Origin: Amoebophrya sp. A120
Lineage: Eukaryota > Protista > Dinoflagellata
Direction: 5' to 3'
Assembly (NCBI GenBank): GCA_905178155.1
Contig: CAJINV010000022.1
Span: forward strand, 527,458-591,457
Length of the DNA: 64,000 bases
The first letter of the stretch is position 1. Each line of letters begins with the position of its first letter. The notes below the pieces were generated by a model. It saw only the letters and a program-made list of their open reading frames with translations. It was not told the DNA's origin and did no database searches. Shown here in pieces: positions 33,357 through 45,769 of this stretch. The translations under genes were made by a program, and so were the position numbers.

Positions 33357-36300
33357 ATGGAGATGGAGCGAGATAGCGAAGAGGCCTTACTGCCTCCTTC
33401 TGGACCAGATGCTCCACCGTCGGAGAAGTTTCATGGCGATGATCATGTGGCGCAAGAGAAAAGCCAAAACCACCGCAGTCCCCTTCTTTCTTTTTGGGCG
33501 ACACGAAAAACGACGCTTTCAAAAAACCCTCACAGTTCCGGATCTCCAGAAGATCTCGAGCTCCTTGAACAAAATTCAAATAGCCCGTCGCCGGGCTTTT
33601 CGTCCAATGCATACCACACAAACGACTCTGCAGAGCGGGACCGACGGCGGCCGCCTGCCACAACGGAAGATAACCAGGGCGACGGTGACATCATCTCCGA
33701 GCCGGATGTAGCAGCTCTGGCAGAACCCGCTGGGGCTTTGGCCTCACCACCTCCGTGCGAGGACCGTGCGGTAGCATCTTCTCAGCGGTCAAAAACCTTC
33801 TCCATTCACGACCTTTCCTTCACCATTGGGGATCTGATCGGGCGCGGCGGCTTTGCAGAGGTCTACCAGGCAAAGAGGGACGACAAAAACTTCGCCTTGA
33901 AAATTGTTTCCGCACAAAATAAGCGTCGTTTAATGCAGTTTCAGCAAGAAGCAGTTTTGCTTTATGGATTGCAAATATGTCTGGGTCTGGAAGAGTGCAA
34001 GTTGTCATGCTAGATCTGAATCATACAAAATTCTGTGTTGCATGATTACCAATAAAAAGCTGTTCACTTTTGAGAAGGCCGCGAGGCACTTTCTTATGCG
34101 GAAAAGGCATGGTAAAGATCTCACACAATCTGTGATGCTAGGGCATGCATCACAGACCTCACACGTTATGGAAAACGTGCATTACAAACCTGGAAATCTT
34201 CCAGACCCAGATATTTTTGCAGTTGATATGCTCGAGAACCTGACGAAAAAGGACAAGATATCCAGAGGAAAAACGTTCCCGACCCAGAGTTGTCATGCGC
34301 AATGGCATGTCTATATCTAAAATTTTTCTACTTAACGCAACCCCATGAGAAGCGTTTTTTCATGTTGTCTGGGACTTTGTCATGTCAGAATCAGGATTAG
34401 AATACGAAGATGGATCGATTTTTTATGCGGCTTTTCTAGCTAAACACGATCACCATCACACTAAAGACCCCAAGCTTGTCATGTGCAACAGCCAAAAGTT
34501 CTTGATTTGTGTTGCAAAGTCCCAATATACTTGACTCTGGGGTGGGGACGTTTGTCCACAGGATACAAGACAGGGAGAAAGCACGTCGTGCACTGTTTTG
34601 GCTCTTACTGTGACGTCGCCAACTTGCGGATCCACATCTTGCTATGCTCTGCAAAAGTATCGTACTCGTACTAATTGCAATCATGCATGACAAATCTTGT
34701 TTCTTAGCCAAATCAGCATTTACAAACTCCATTTCTCCTTCTGAGAAAATTTGTATTGCGATTTGTACTAGTACGTTTCTTTTGCACAGGATACTTGCTG
34801 GAATTTGCCGATTGCGACTTCGAGGCCTATCATCGGAGCTTCGTCACGAAAGTGACTCATGTGCCGACTCTTGAAGATGCCGATCCCGATGCTGGGGCCA
34901 GCCCAGGTGGGAGAGGACCACGACACACCAGAGCCTGTTCACGGAATAAAACGAAATTCTTCATGCCTTTAAACACGATTCTGCATTGCGGAAAGCAGAT
35001 GGCGGCTGCGGTCGCCTTTATTCACAGCAAGAACATCGTGCACTTTGATTTGAAGCCCGCAAACTTTCTCATGTTTGAAAACAAGCAGAAAATCAAGCTA
35101 TCCGACTTCGGGCTGGCGAGAGAGGTGGAGCAGGATAAATCCCATATCAGCAGGTTCGGGCAGTGTGGAACGATATTATACATGGCGCCCGAGTATTCAT
35201 TGCAAAAGTATCGTACTAGTAGTAATCTTCGCATTACAAATTGGCTCGGCATGACAAATGGAATTTGTGATGCTGTTTTGCCTTGGGATGGGGATTTGTA
35301 ATGCATGACTGCGAAGATCACTACGAGTACGATACTTTTGCACAGGATACCGAGGCTTTTCATCAAGGAGAGCAATACGAAGCAAGCATGAAAATGAAGC
35401 CGGAAACGGATATTTGGTATCAAATGTAAAAATGTCTGGGTCTGGAAGAATGCATGTTTGTCATGCTTTTCTGGCATGACTCTTAAATCTGTCATGCAAG
35501 TTACCCAAGAGCTCCATTTTTCTGTGATGCAGAAACGCAGTTTGTCATGCAGAATAGGCAACACCTAGAAGCTCAGAAACTTGTGATGCTGAGCCAGCAC
35601 TTGTTGCCTCCTCATGATACGCCACCCAGCATCACAAGTTTCCAGACCCAGACATTTTTTGATTTGATATTTGGTCGCTTGGGATTATTCTCTACGCGAT
35701 GATCTACGAAAAGCCGCCGCACGCGTATTTGTTCAACCAGCCAGGCGGTGGGAATCGGGTGATGTTCTGCATCGTGGATCCGTTGATGGAAATCCTATCC
35801 TGTGCAAAAGTCTCGTACCCGTAGTAAAAGTAATTGCAATTTATGCATTACAAATATCCATCCCAAGGTAAAACAGCATCACAAATTCCATTTGTCATGC
35901 TAACGTAATTTGTAATGCAATTTACTACTGGTACGATACTTTTGCAATCCATAAATCCAGTATCCGGACAAATTTTGCGCTTTCACACAAGACATTCTGG
36001 ATGATACTCTCGCGGACTTCGAAGGACAAAGGCTCGAGCATTTGCTGTATTTGGTGCAAGTCTGTCTCGCACGGGAAGTCGCAGACAGGATCACTGCGGT
36101 TGATTTGGAGACGGAACTGGTTGGACTGGACTTGGTGCGCGAACGAAGCTTGTCGCGCATCGACAGGCAAGGATCAGGGCTAAGGCAAAATGGCACGTGC
36201 GATTCGACCGCCACCACCTCTACTACAGCCTACTGGTCGGCATCTTCAAGAGATGCGTCCGTCAGTAGCAGCCGCGATGCTGCTTCCTCTACTGCGAACC

Positions 36301-39300
36301 TAGATTTCCAGTTTCGCACAGCGTTAATTCGGCCGATTCCGGGAAGCACGGCAACGGTGTTGCATCGAAAGCACATTCCGGAGGTCGTGATTGCCCCATC
36401 AACACAGGTGTCTGATTCTGGATCTCTCGACCACAGAGAATGCCTCGCTCCACTGACAGGTGAAGAGACCGCTCCTCGTGCACAGGAAGCGACAGCTGAG
36501 CCGGTATCAGTGCCGGCTTTGGAGGAGCGTCTTTCCGAATCGATGCCCCTTCGACGATCCGAGGATGAGGAAGCTGGGAAGCAGCAGTCGATGCTCCACA
36601 AAGATACATCAAAAATGCTCCCCGATGGTGCAAAAGGCTTCGATGTAGATCTCGACCCGGAAGCTCCGCTGATGGATGACGAAGAGCAAAACCTAGTGCC
36701 TGCAGGAAGCGACCCTGTAGAAGATGCGACCGCGCCAGATTATCGTCATGTCAATACGCCCTTCTGGAGCAGCATTGCTGGCAAAGTTATCATATCTGCT
36801 CTTCTCCTGGCTATCGGCATCGGCACTGCCGTATCAATCGGAATATATGGGACAAACACCGCAACGTCGTCAAATTCTGGCGCAGCGAATCAGCAACTGA
36901 ATTTTGGCGGCAACAACGCTTTATTTCCGCCTGGAATTATACTCAGACCAAACAATATAGTGTTCGTCAAGAATGGAAATGAGACCACGTCCGGAGGAGA
37001 TGCGGGAGGGGGTCGTGGCGGTGGTACAGGCCACAACACGACTGTGCCTCCGGAAATCCGACCTGTGACCGCGCAGCCACAAATCGCGTTTCTCCCGCCG
37101 AGTGCTACTGCTCTGAGCCCAGGACAGAGCGGAGATGTAAGTGCGGGTGGAAACGAAAATAGCGGTGCAGGTAATGGGGATGCTGATAGCACCGGCGGCG
37201 GCCCTAGTGGCGACAGCGATCGAGGCGGAGCAGGAACCGCTGGCAGTCCGCAACGTGCTGCTGCGCAAGGAACCACTGCACCACGTCCTGCCCCGGCATC
37301 AAACCCGCCTGTTGCAGCTCTCGCACCAGGTGGAAATCATGGTGAAAACGGAGGAACTACTGCTAGCCCTCCTCTTGTCAACGTTGGCAGCCTGCCTGTC
37401 ACAGCTGCTTCTGCCGTGGTTGCTGCAGGTTTACCAGCAGGACGAGATGCGAGTGCCGACGCGGCCAGCGGGGTTGATGGTGATGGCGGGCGCAGTGGTC
37501 GTAATGAGAGTGGTGCTGGTAGCGGCGATGTCAGCAGTGAACTGTACCGAGCCGGCCCGCAGGCTCAAGCACAGCCTTTGGAAGGGCCAAACGCAACTTC
37601 TGCAGCATTACCAGTCGCAGCCGCGGTTGCGATAAATACGGCAGGTTTACCACCACAAGAACAGGGCGGTAGTGCGGTTATCCCGCTCTCGAAGCCAGGT
37701 CCGACCTCCACGCCCGCTGTTGGTCCTGCTGCCCCTCAGCCACCGGCACTACCGCCAGTCACAGGAAGTAACGCTGCACAAGAGCCGTGGCTTGGCGAGC
37801 CGTTAACGCCCTCCACAGCGACGTCGGCGCCGAATGCCGCGCCGGTAGATGCGAATATTTCGCAGCTACCGAGTACAACTATCTCGCACTCGAAGCCAGG
37901 TCCAGCCTCCACGCCCGCTCTTGCTGCTCCTCCACCTCCTCCTCAGCCAGTGGCACTACCACCAGTCGCAGGAAATAATGTGGCGGAAGAGCCACGGCCA
38001 AGCGAACCGTCCGTGCCAATATCACTGTCTACGGCGTCGTCAACAGCGAGTGCCGCGCCGGTAGAAACGAATGTTTCGCGGCTACCGCATGTAACAAGCT
38101 CAGCCCCACCAGAGGCAGGTCAAATGAGTCCTCGTCCCTCGCCATTTCTTCGAGCCGCATCGCAAACAAGTAGCAGCGTCGCACCGACCGGGGCCGGACC
38201 GGCAGCGTCTGAAAATGGAGATGAGCATGACTCGGTAGAAGGAGGGTCTGCCACAGTTTTCCAGCCGCAGCAGCCATCGGCCTCGCTCCCGCTAGGACGG
38301 GTAATGACAGGTGGCCCAGCATTAGAACCGATAGGAGACGAGATTGCCGGTGGAAATAATACGGAAGCACAAGAACCCGAGATTTTACTACCGTTGTCCG
38401 GTGCAGTGGGAGCGGCATCTAGCACCCCAAGCTCTTTATCGTATATAAAAGTACACCCATACCATACCGGGGAACAAGTTGTATATGTCATGCAATTTTC
38501 AGAATAAAGACAAAAATGGAGCTCATGTTGTGTGATTTGAGCGTGGCAAACTTTTGTTTATGTCCCCCTGAAGATCGGCTTCGCGTATTACAGAATCCGT
38601 TTTCATCTTGCATTCCAAAAAAGTGTACACCATAGTTGTCTCTGCATGGCAGACTTTTTAGTTGTGACGCAAATTGCTTAGCGAAAGAAATAGATACTCT
38701 ACCGGGCACAGCGCGCGTGGGTCTACATTTGTGTGTGATTCCCTTTGCAGCCCGAGATCGGGATTGTCAATCCCAACAACCTCTGCTGGATGATCAGTTT
38801 GTCGCAGAGTTTGCTGTACATTCCCTCCTTGCACGAGAAGGCCGAGGCGGAGTGCGCGCGGAGGGAGCAGGAGCAGCGAGGACCGGGTGCGAGTTCCAGT
38901 AGTAATTTTCAGCAACGCTCCCCGGAAGATAGCGACAAACTCAGACAATGGTGCCAATTTTTCCGTGCCGTCGCTGGGTCGGGCGGTCGAGGACTATCAA
39001 TTGCAAATATGTCTGGATCTGGAGGAATCCGAACTTTTGATGCTTCCTTCGGATTCTACAAAAATCTGTATTGCATGAACAGCAAGAGAGATCGAGTTTT
39101 TGCCACGGCGAGACGGCACTTCTCATGCAGGATAGGCATCAGCAAGACCTCACAAAGTCTAGGATGCTAGGGCATCCATCACAGACATCTGGAGTCATGC
39201 AAAATGTGCATGACAAACGTTGCATTTTTCCTGACCAAAACATATTTGCAGTTGATAAGGACGAAGCAACAACAATTTGTCTATTTACACCCGACAGCAA

Positions 39301-42300
39301 GGAGTAGAAGCGGTTCTACATTATGTTATGTGGAAGGCGAATTGGCGCGAACTAAGGGACAGGAATTCTTGGAGACAGCAGGACCCGACGGAGGGGATGA
39401 GCAAACTGGTCGAAAATGTGCTACCTGGGAATTTCCAAAACCTCTTCAACGTCGAAATCAAGGAGGAATTTTTCGCGATTGACCAGCAAGAGAACCCGAT
39501 TCCGGACGAGAGCAAGGAAAAGAAAGACAATGCCGGCAATGCGTGGTTCCCCGCCTCCCAATTCATGATCGACTACAACGAGCAAAAACACACTGACATT
39601 CTCGGAGCTCTGCGAAACGCCTACTTCGAGCCTGATAAGGGAGATAGCAGCATATATTCTTACGACTATCAAAGGAAAGAAAATATTGGAATCAAGCAGG
39701 CGACAAAGCTTGCCTACAGAGCTCCGGCATACGTCGTAAATGTTCTCTCAATTTGCTCCTGTGCCGGAGCAGAATCCTGCGCCGCACTGCATGACCATTG
39801 ACTGCGCAATAAGTGTAGTTGACCGAACCAATTATAGTTGCTAATTGATATTGATTCTCAAAAATTTTGCCCCAATACTGCATTGGAACCCCACGACCCT
39901 CGGCCGGCCTGGTTGGAGGGTATGGAAATGCGGACGAAGCAGGTACCGGCGGAAGTTCAGATAATCACAGATAGCCAAGGACGAACACGAACGATTCAAG
40001 GCACCAGATATGGACTCCATCGGAAGGCCCACCTCCGGAAACTGCCGGAAATTTTGCGGCTCGAGGTGAATCGTTTCACATACGAGAATAACGGAAGCAC
40101 CCGCAAAAAGATGCATTATCTAGAGGCCCCCAGGCTTTTCTACATCGACGGGGAGGCGAGCCGGAATGGTCCAAGTGGCATCCACACGGAGTTTCAGCGT
40201 GCGCGCTTGCGCAATCCGCACTGCCCCGGGGAGACAACAGCTTATACAGAGTGGGCAAGGCAAACTCGGAGACGGGGTATGGACCCCGTGTCCCAGTTGT
40301 ACGAGCTACATGCGGTGATTTTGCACCACGGCCCCACCCCGAATTGCGGCCACTACACGGCTGTTGTGAACATCGGCACAGCCCAGCAATCTCCGCGGTG
40401 GCGACATTTCGACGACCAGCTGGTGACAGAAGTCCTGACGACCTCCGTGGTAGGTCCTTCCGGTATTCTAGACAAATATCTGAGAGAACGAGCTGGGGAG
40501 GGCAAAACCATAAACATGCTGCTCTACAAGAAGAAGAAGCCCGACGCCGCATCGCCACCATATCAGGGCGCCGCACTGATCGGGCCTTCAGGGTCTGAAA
40601 ATGGTGACCCGTTTGTCCCAATAACGCCCTCCTTAGCGACGTTGGCGCCGACTGCCTTGCCGGTAGATGCGAATACTTCGCAGCTACCGAGTGTAAGCTC
40701 AATCCGACCAGCAGACGCAAGTGAAATACGTCCCTCCTCGCCTGTTATTCGAACCGCATCGCCTCCATCAAGTAGCAGCAGTGGATCGACCGGGGCCGCA
40801 GGACCGGCAGCGTCTGCAAATGGGGGTGAGCATGACGAAGCAGAGGGATCTGCTGCAGTTCATCTCCAAGGAGCGCAACAGCCTTCTCGCCCGCTAGGAG
40901 GGGCAATGGCAAGTGGCGCATCAATACACGCGACAGGAGGGGAACTGGTAGTTGCAGCCCCGGATACTACGTTTGCGCCGGCGCAACCCGGCGTATTACT
41001 ACAAACGCGGCAGGGTGACGCTGGAGCGGAAGCACGGACACTACCGCCGCAGGGTGATGAGAATAGCGAACAGCAAATAGCCCAAGATAGCGCCGGTTCG
41101 TCTTCATCCGTGGGACAGGTAGTTGAACCGCCTGGCATTGTTGGCGCCACCGGCACAGCTGACGGCGGTCCACCGCCCGCATCAGCTGCTGACACATCAG
41201 AAACCGGCCCACCTGGAGCGCCGAAGCGCAGCCGCACTTCTTCGCCGGGCAGCAGCAGCGGCAGACAACAGCTAGAACCAAGTCCAGGAAGTGGTCCGAG
41301 GCAGAAGCGCACCTTGGAGTGGGGCGAGGCAGAAGACCACCTTGAGTGGGTAGGACCAGCACTAAATATCGTCAGTCCACTGACTGATGGAAGCAGAAGT
41401 ACTGGGCCAGTGCCCGCGGTCCAACAAGCCCCGCAACTGCCCCCGGCAGAAGGTTCTACAACTTTACCCGACGCGCCACGTTTGGTACATTCACCTCCCA
41501 CGAGCGGGAGAAGCGGAAACCCGGCTGGGGAGGCAAATCGTGGGCAGGCCCAGCCGCCAACAAGGGAAGTGTCCGCGGCCCCGGTTCCAGCCGCCGCTGA
41601 GCAAGCTGCTGGAGGGGAATCGGAAGTGAGAAACGCCGTCACGGTTAGCTCTTCTGCAGCATTGGGTGGTCGTGCCTTCCCCGATGATGGTCTCTGTGAC
41701 CTCGTGTCGGCGCAAGCCGATGTTCACTTTGTTCTCGGCGTTCACGGTCCAGAAGAAGACGGCATTCCTCGTGGGCCCTACTTCCCTGCTCCACGACGCT
41801 TCTTCACCGATGTCGGTGCGGTGTATCCTATCACGCGAAAAAGAACGGCTTTTGAATCCCATGCTAGTTTCAGGCAGAGTGCACGTGCAGGCAAAATGAT
41901 GAGTCTGTGACAGGTTTGGAACCTCGCGAGCGGTTAAGACAGATATATGTTCCATGCCGTTGCGCTAAGGCTTGTGCGTTTGAGTGATTTTTTTTTTGCA
42001 GCTGTAGTTGTTGTTTTATCGCAAAAGCGAAGATGTCTCAACTTCGAGTACAGCGGACGCGCTAGCTGCGTCTACACTCGAGACAAGAAACACAATACGC
42101 TGCCATTCGAATGAATTGAGATGCGACTTAGAGCACACAAGAAAGAAGGAGAAAAAAAAAATTCTGCCCGGACGTAAGCAATAATTGTTTTTTTTCGTGT
42201 CATAAGTTAACATGCGATGATCCAGAAGGTCCTACAGGGTAGAACAATTTCTCGCTTGGACGTTGCCGACGCCCTGGGGGTATTAAGGGTAAATATGTCT

Positions 42301-45300
42301 GGGTGGTCTGGGGCGCTTCGGGGTTTGTGATTTTGGTGCAGCTTTCGCAACGTGACAGGTTCTGAACAGAAATGTCGTCTTTGGGATTGCGTGGTCAAAG
42401 GTGTGTGCTGACCTTCGCTGCCTTTAATGCGATAAAGATTTTTGTATATGAAGACCAGACCGAGACCAGCTACCGCTAGCGCCACAAACCCGGGCTCTAC
42501 TTCTAGACCCCAACATATTACGATTTGCAATGCATAGAGGAATTGGCAGCAGATGCAGACGGTACTCGGAAAAGGGGTTGCGCAGAGTGTTTATTGCCCG
42601 CTGAGGAGTTTTTACAATCTCAACTGTTACACTTTTTTCTCATTTTGATTGCATGAAGCGTTTGTGTGGGGCTGCGGTGACGCATTCATTTTTTGTCACT
42701 GGTACGCAGGACAAGTTCTAATGTCACAAAAAGCTGGAAGTCGTAGACCCTACCGCAAAATTGTAGATGCAAGACACAACTGGCGCCAGGTTCCGATTAG
42801 AGTGCAAATGCGTCACAAACTTTCAGCTTTATGTAATTTTTGGATAACAGTGAGAGCTTGTAAACGCCTGACCAGGTTATAGTGTTCGAGACTGCTTTCT
42901 ATCAGAAAAGATCGAGGACTTCATGCTGGTATGCATTGCAAGTATGGCTGGGTCGGTAAGATAGAATGCAATTGCAAGCAACCTGCATATACAATTGTGC
43001 ATTGCGAAGGAGAATGTGAATCTGTGATGCGCGAAGTGGGCTATGACAATGATTTCTGTATAGTGTGTTCCGCAAAAATGCGGTTTCTCCAACTCGTTGC
43101 GCAGGTTTCGTTGAAGTCTTCGGATACCGGAGGCCATTTCGCATAGCGAACGTGGCGTTTTTGCCAGTTTCCCGACCCAGACATATTTGTCCTGAATAGC
43201 CGGAGACTTTGCGCGCCCAGTTGGAGAAAATGCAATTGATGTTGTTGTAGGCAATGCAAAGAAGTATTGTACTCGTAGTGCTTGCACGACAAGCGCTTTC
43301 TGCGTGAAAGATGGCGTCTGTCATGTAGAGTCAAGGCCTTAGAAAAACAGATTGTAAGGACCAAATGTACGACTACAATACTTTTGCACAGGATAAGTTG
43401 TCGCACTTCGGCGCCGGCGTCTTTCGATTCTACATCGATTCTGCAAGACCAGAACGCCTTCGCTTTCACAGATCGCCGCAAGGGCAAAAAGTAGGTGACT
43501 GGGTGCAACAAAGGATCACGCAGGCAAAAAGCAACGTGGAAAATTTTTTGCGTTTAGGCGTATCCGTTGGCACCATGGCCAACCTGGAAGACCTACCGCT
43601 TGAATCCAGGACAGCCGAAGTTCGAGTGTTCCTGGAGGCAGCAAGTTTTAGGAAAATGCAGCCAAAAAGGCTTTTCACGCAGGCTGCAAATGGGAGTGCG
43701 ACCAATGGTGTCTATGCAAGGCGAAACCGAATGCATCATCGTACAAGTAAAAATTGCAGCACATACATTTTTTCATGAGTGTGCTCAAAATAAAAGACGT
43801 CGCAGTTTGTCATGCAATGTTTTTCAGGTACTAAGTAGAAGTGCAAATGTGTCATGCACGAAGCTTGCAATTTTTACGAGCACGATATTCATATTTTTCG
43901 GAGCATACTGTTTATATACGCTCTCGGGAATTCGCAAATAGTGACATTGCACAAATGGACTTCGGAACGTATTTCGGCGAGCTCATGGGTAGTCGACCTG
44001 GTGGTGCCTTGCTCTGGCTGGTCGACCAGTGGATCGAAAGCGTGACTCCAGGCAACCGAAGTCGACGTCTAGTGCTCCGATCAGCTGCAGAAGCGCTCCG
44101 CCTTGCCGAATATTTGTCAGGCGAAAAACCGCCGGCGGAGCTGCAACGGCTCGCAGCAGAAGAGGTCGTGATTAAGTGGGTACGCTGGAGTACCACTCAG
44201 GCAAGACCTTATGTGCTACGCGAATTTAAGGACTTGTCGAATCGCGATCGAGAATTCCTGTCTCAGTATTTTCGAGCCGCCCTGGAAACAGGAGGAGGTG
44301 GCGAACACTTTATTGGACGCTTTGCAAGACAACAGCATCGCACTCGTGAAAATTGCACCGCATACAATTTTTTCTCAAAATCCGCTTGCCAGAATGAAAA
44401 AACGCATTTGTCATTATGGTAATGTAATTGTAATTCTGCAGCTAGGAATAGGGAACCGATACCGGAATCCACATTTTGCATGCATTGTTGCAATGGACAC
44501 GGGGGCGATACCATTTTTTCGAAGGATACTATTCTGCCACGAGATCTGGCCGCGAAGCTGGAGCGTCTCGTCTATCCAAGTCTGGACGGGAGGCTCCGCC
44601 GGCTTGTAGAAGAGTGGATCGAAAGCGTGGTGCTGCCCTACAACGAACGCCGGACAGAAGGACGTCTAGTACTCCAATCGGCCGAAGAGGCGCTTCGCTT
44701 TGTCACATACTTATCGAGATTCACTGGGGGCGAAGGGGAACAAGAGGAACAAGAGGAACAAGAGGAACAAGAGGAACAAGAGGAACAAGAGGAACAAGAG
44801 GAAGAGGAAGACCGTGAGACGGAGCTGGCGGGCCTTCAGACAGAGCTGCAAGAGCTGGCGGCAGAAGAGGCCGCAGGGGAGCAGCAGGGAAAAGAATCTG
44901 AAATTGGACTTAGTCTTTTTCCGGCTTCTCCGTTTCTTTTTCTCCAAGATGCAGATGGTCGCCCTTTTCCCCTAAACCAGAATGGCCTTCTCGCAAGTAA
45001 AGATGGCGAAGAAGATCGGCTAACCAGACGCACACCAGATGGCATAGTGCGCTTCTTCAGCAAGCGGGGCCCGCCGGGCCCGGGGGAGGACGCACGCCGG
45101 TACCTTCGATCGAGCTACCGGACGGTCCCGGAGGACGTCGTAGCCCCTGGGGTCAAGCGCCTAGTGGAAGTTCTCTTCGGCCGGGAACATCTCGAAAATA
45201 GCCCGCTGGAGATGCAATTGCGAGAGGAATTCGCATATTGTGAGGAAAACAAGTCCCGCCCCCTTTCTAGTATGCTCACAACGGATATCTGTGACAGTGA

Positions 45301-45769
45301 TTCGCGTACGCAAATCAGCTTTGTCTTGCGAGATGGCGCCATTAGATGTCTCCGCCGCATAATAGGGGCGATTTCTAAACCTAATGCTGTGAGGACTAGA
45401 TCTAGAACAGAGCATGCGACTGGCGTCTTATTATACCGCTGCGTCGAACATTCGCATAGAATCTGCCTGCAGGCCCTTGCTCCGTGATTAATAAAGTTGA
45501 CTTATGTACAACACGGATCGGGCACCACAAGTTTCGTTTTGACTCTCGGGAAGGGGTGGATTTGTCGTTTTGATATCGCAGCAGAAATTGCGCCGAAGCT
45601 TTTGCGGATCAAAGAAGGGATCAAAAATCTTGGGATCGCAAAGCAGAGTCGTTCGCAAAGCAGAATCGTCGAGTTCCTGAGGGAGAAAAATGGTCGAGTT
45701 CGTCCTGAGGAAAAGAATTATACGCAAAGCAGAGTCGTTGAGCTGCTCCTGTTGCGGCTGCACACGTAG
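33357..45769 (+). CDS. Kinase paralog 2 (~2700 aa, ~17 introns): Mps1/TTK-like kinase, TM helix, stalk, USP (C19) deubiquitinase domain, stalk, repeated unknown domain
   Basis: Kinase motifs as paralog 1; TM ~36786-36851; Cys box GIVNPNNLCWMISLSQSL, QQDPTE, LPEILRLEVNRF, His box YELHAVILHHG...GHYTA, WRHFDD. Joins verified in frame to ~41828; the part after that rests on homology with paralog 3 and two junctions (~41829, ~44311) are uncertain. Confidence 0.8.
33963..34228. mobile_element. Introner, family A (copy of 23048-23313)
   Basis: TIR; repeat TGCTT/TGCTC. Confidence 0.95.
34259..34565. mobile_element. Introner, family C (copy of 23344-23650)
   Basis: TIR; repeat CAAGA/CAAGA. Confidence 0.93.
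34643..34793. mobile_element. Introner, family B (copy of 23728-23878)
   Basis: TIR; repeat CTTGC/CTTGC. Confidence 0.94.
35194..35349. mobile_element. Introner, family B (paralog 2 only)
   Basis: TIR; repeat CCGAG/CCGAG; joins APE|AFH. Confidence 0.95.
35418..35669. mobile_element. Introner, family A (paralog 2 only)
   Basis: TIR; repeat TTTGG/TTTGG; joins DIW|SLG. Confidence 0.95.
35796..35953. mobile_element. Introner, family B (position shared with paralog 3)
   Basis: TIR; repeat AATCC/AATCC. Confidence 0.94.
38437..38740. mobile_element. Degenerate C-like introner
   Basis: Decayed TIR; repeat CTCTT/CCCTT; removal joins the stalk to the USP Cys box in frame. Confidence 0.75.
38995..39257. 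mobile_element. Introner, family A
   Basis: TIR; repeat AGGAC/AGGAC. Confidence 0.92.
39730..39877. mobile_element. Highly degenerate introner-derived intron
   Basis: TA...ATA ends; repeat CGGCA/CTGCA; joins RAPA|LEPH in frame. Confidence 0.7.
42281..42536. mobile_element. Degenerate family-A introner
   Basis: AAATATGTCTGGGT...AGACCCCAACATATT; repeat GGGGG/GAGGA. Confidence 0.78.
42592..42881. mobile_element. Degenerate G-like introner
   Basis: CTCAACTGTTACA motif shared with 14739; repeat GTGTT/GTGTT. Confidence 0.75.
42930..43198. mobile_element. Degenerate family-A introner
   Basis: TIR remnants; repeat GCTGG/GCCGG. Confidence 0.82.
43248..43395. mobile_element. Degenerate family-B introner
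   Basis: TIR remnants; repeat TGTTG/AGTTG. Confidence 0.82.
43713..43907. mobile_element. Degenerate B-like introner
   Basis: TATGC...GCATA; repeat GTGTC/CTGTT; frame restored. Confidence 0.7.
44738..44800 (+). repeat. Coding 9-bp repeat (GAACAAGAG) x7 encoding an EQE tract
   Basis: Directly visible. Confidence 0.95.
45236..45575. mobile_element. Degenerate family-D introner
   Basis: TATTGTGAGGAAAA...; repeat TCGCA/TCGCA. Confidence 0.85.

Noticed and set aside
38441-38750. Canonical GT...polypyrimidine-CAG intron before the USP domain
   Set aside because: 310-nt removal is out of frame; the 309-nt introner-type removal is in frame
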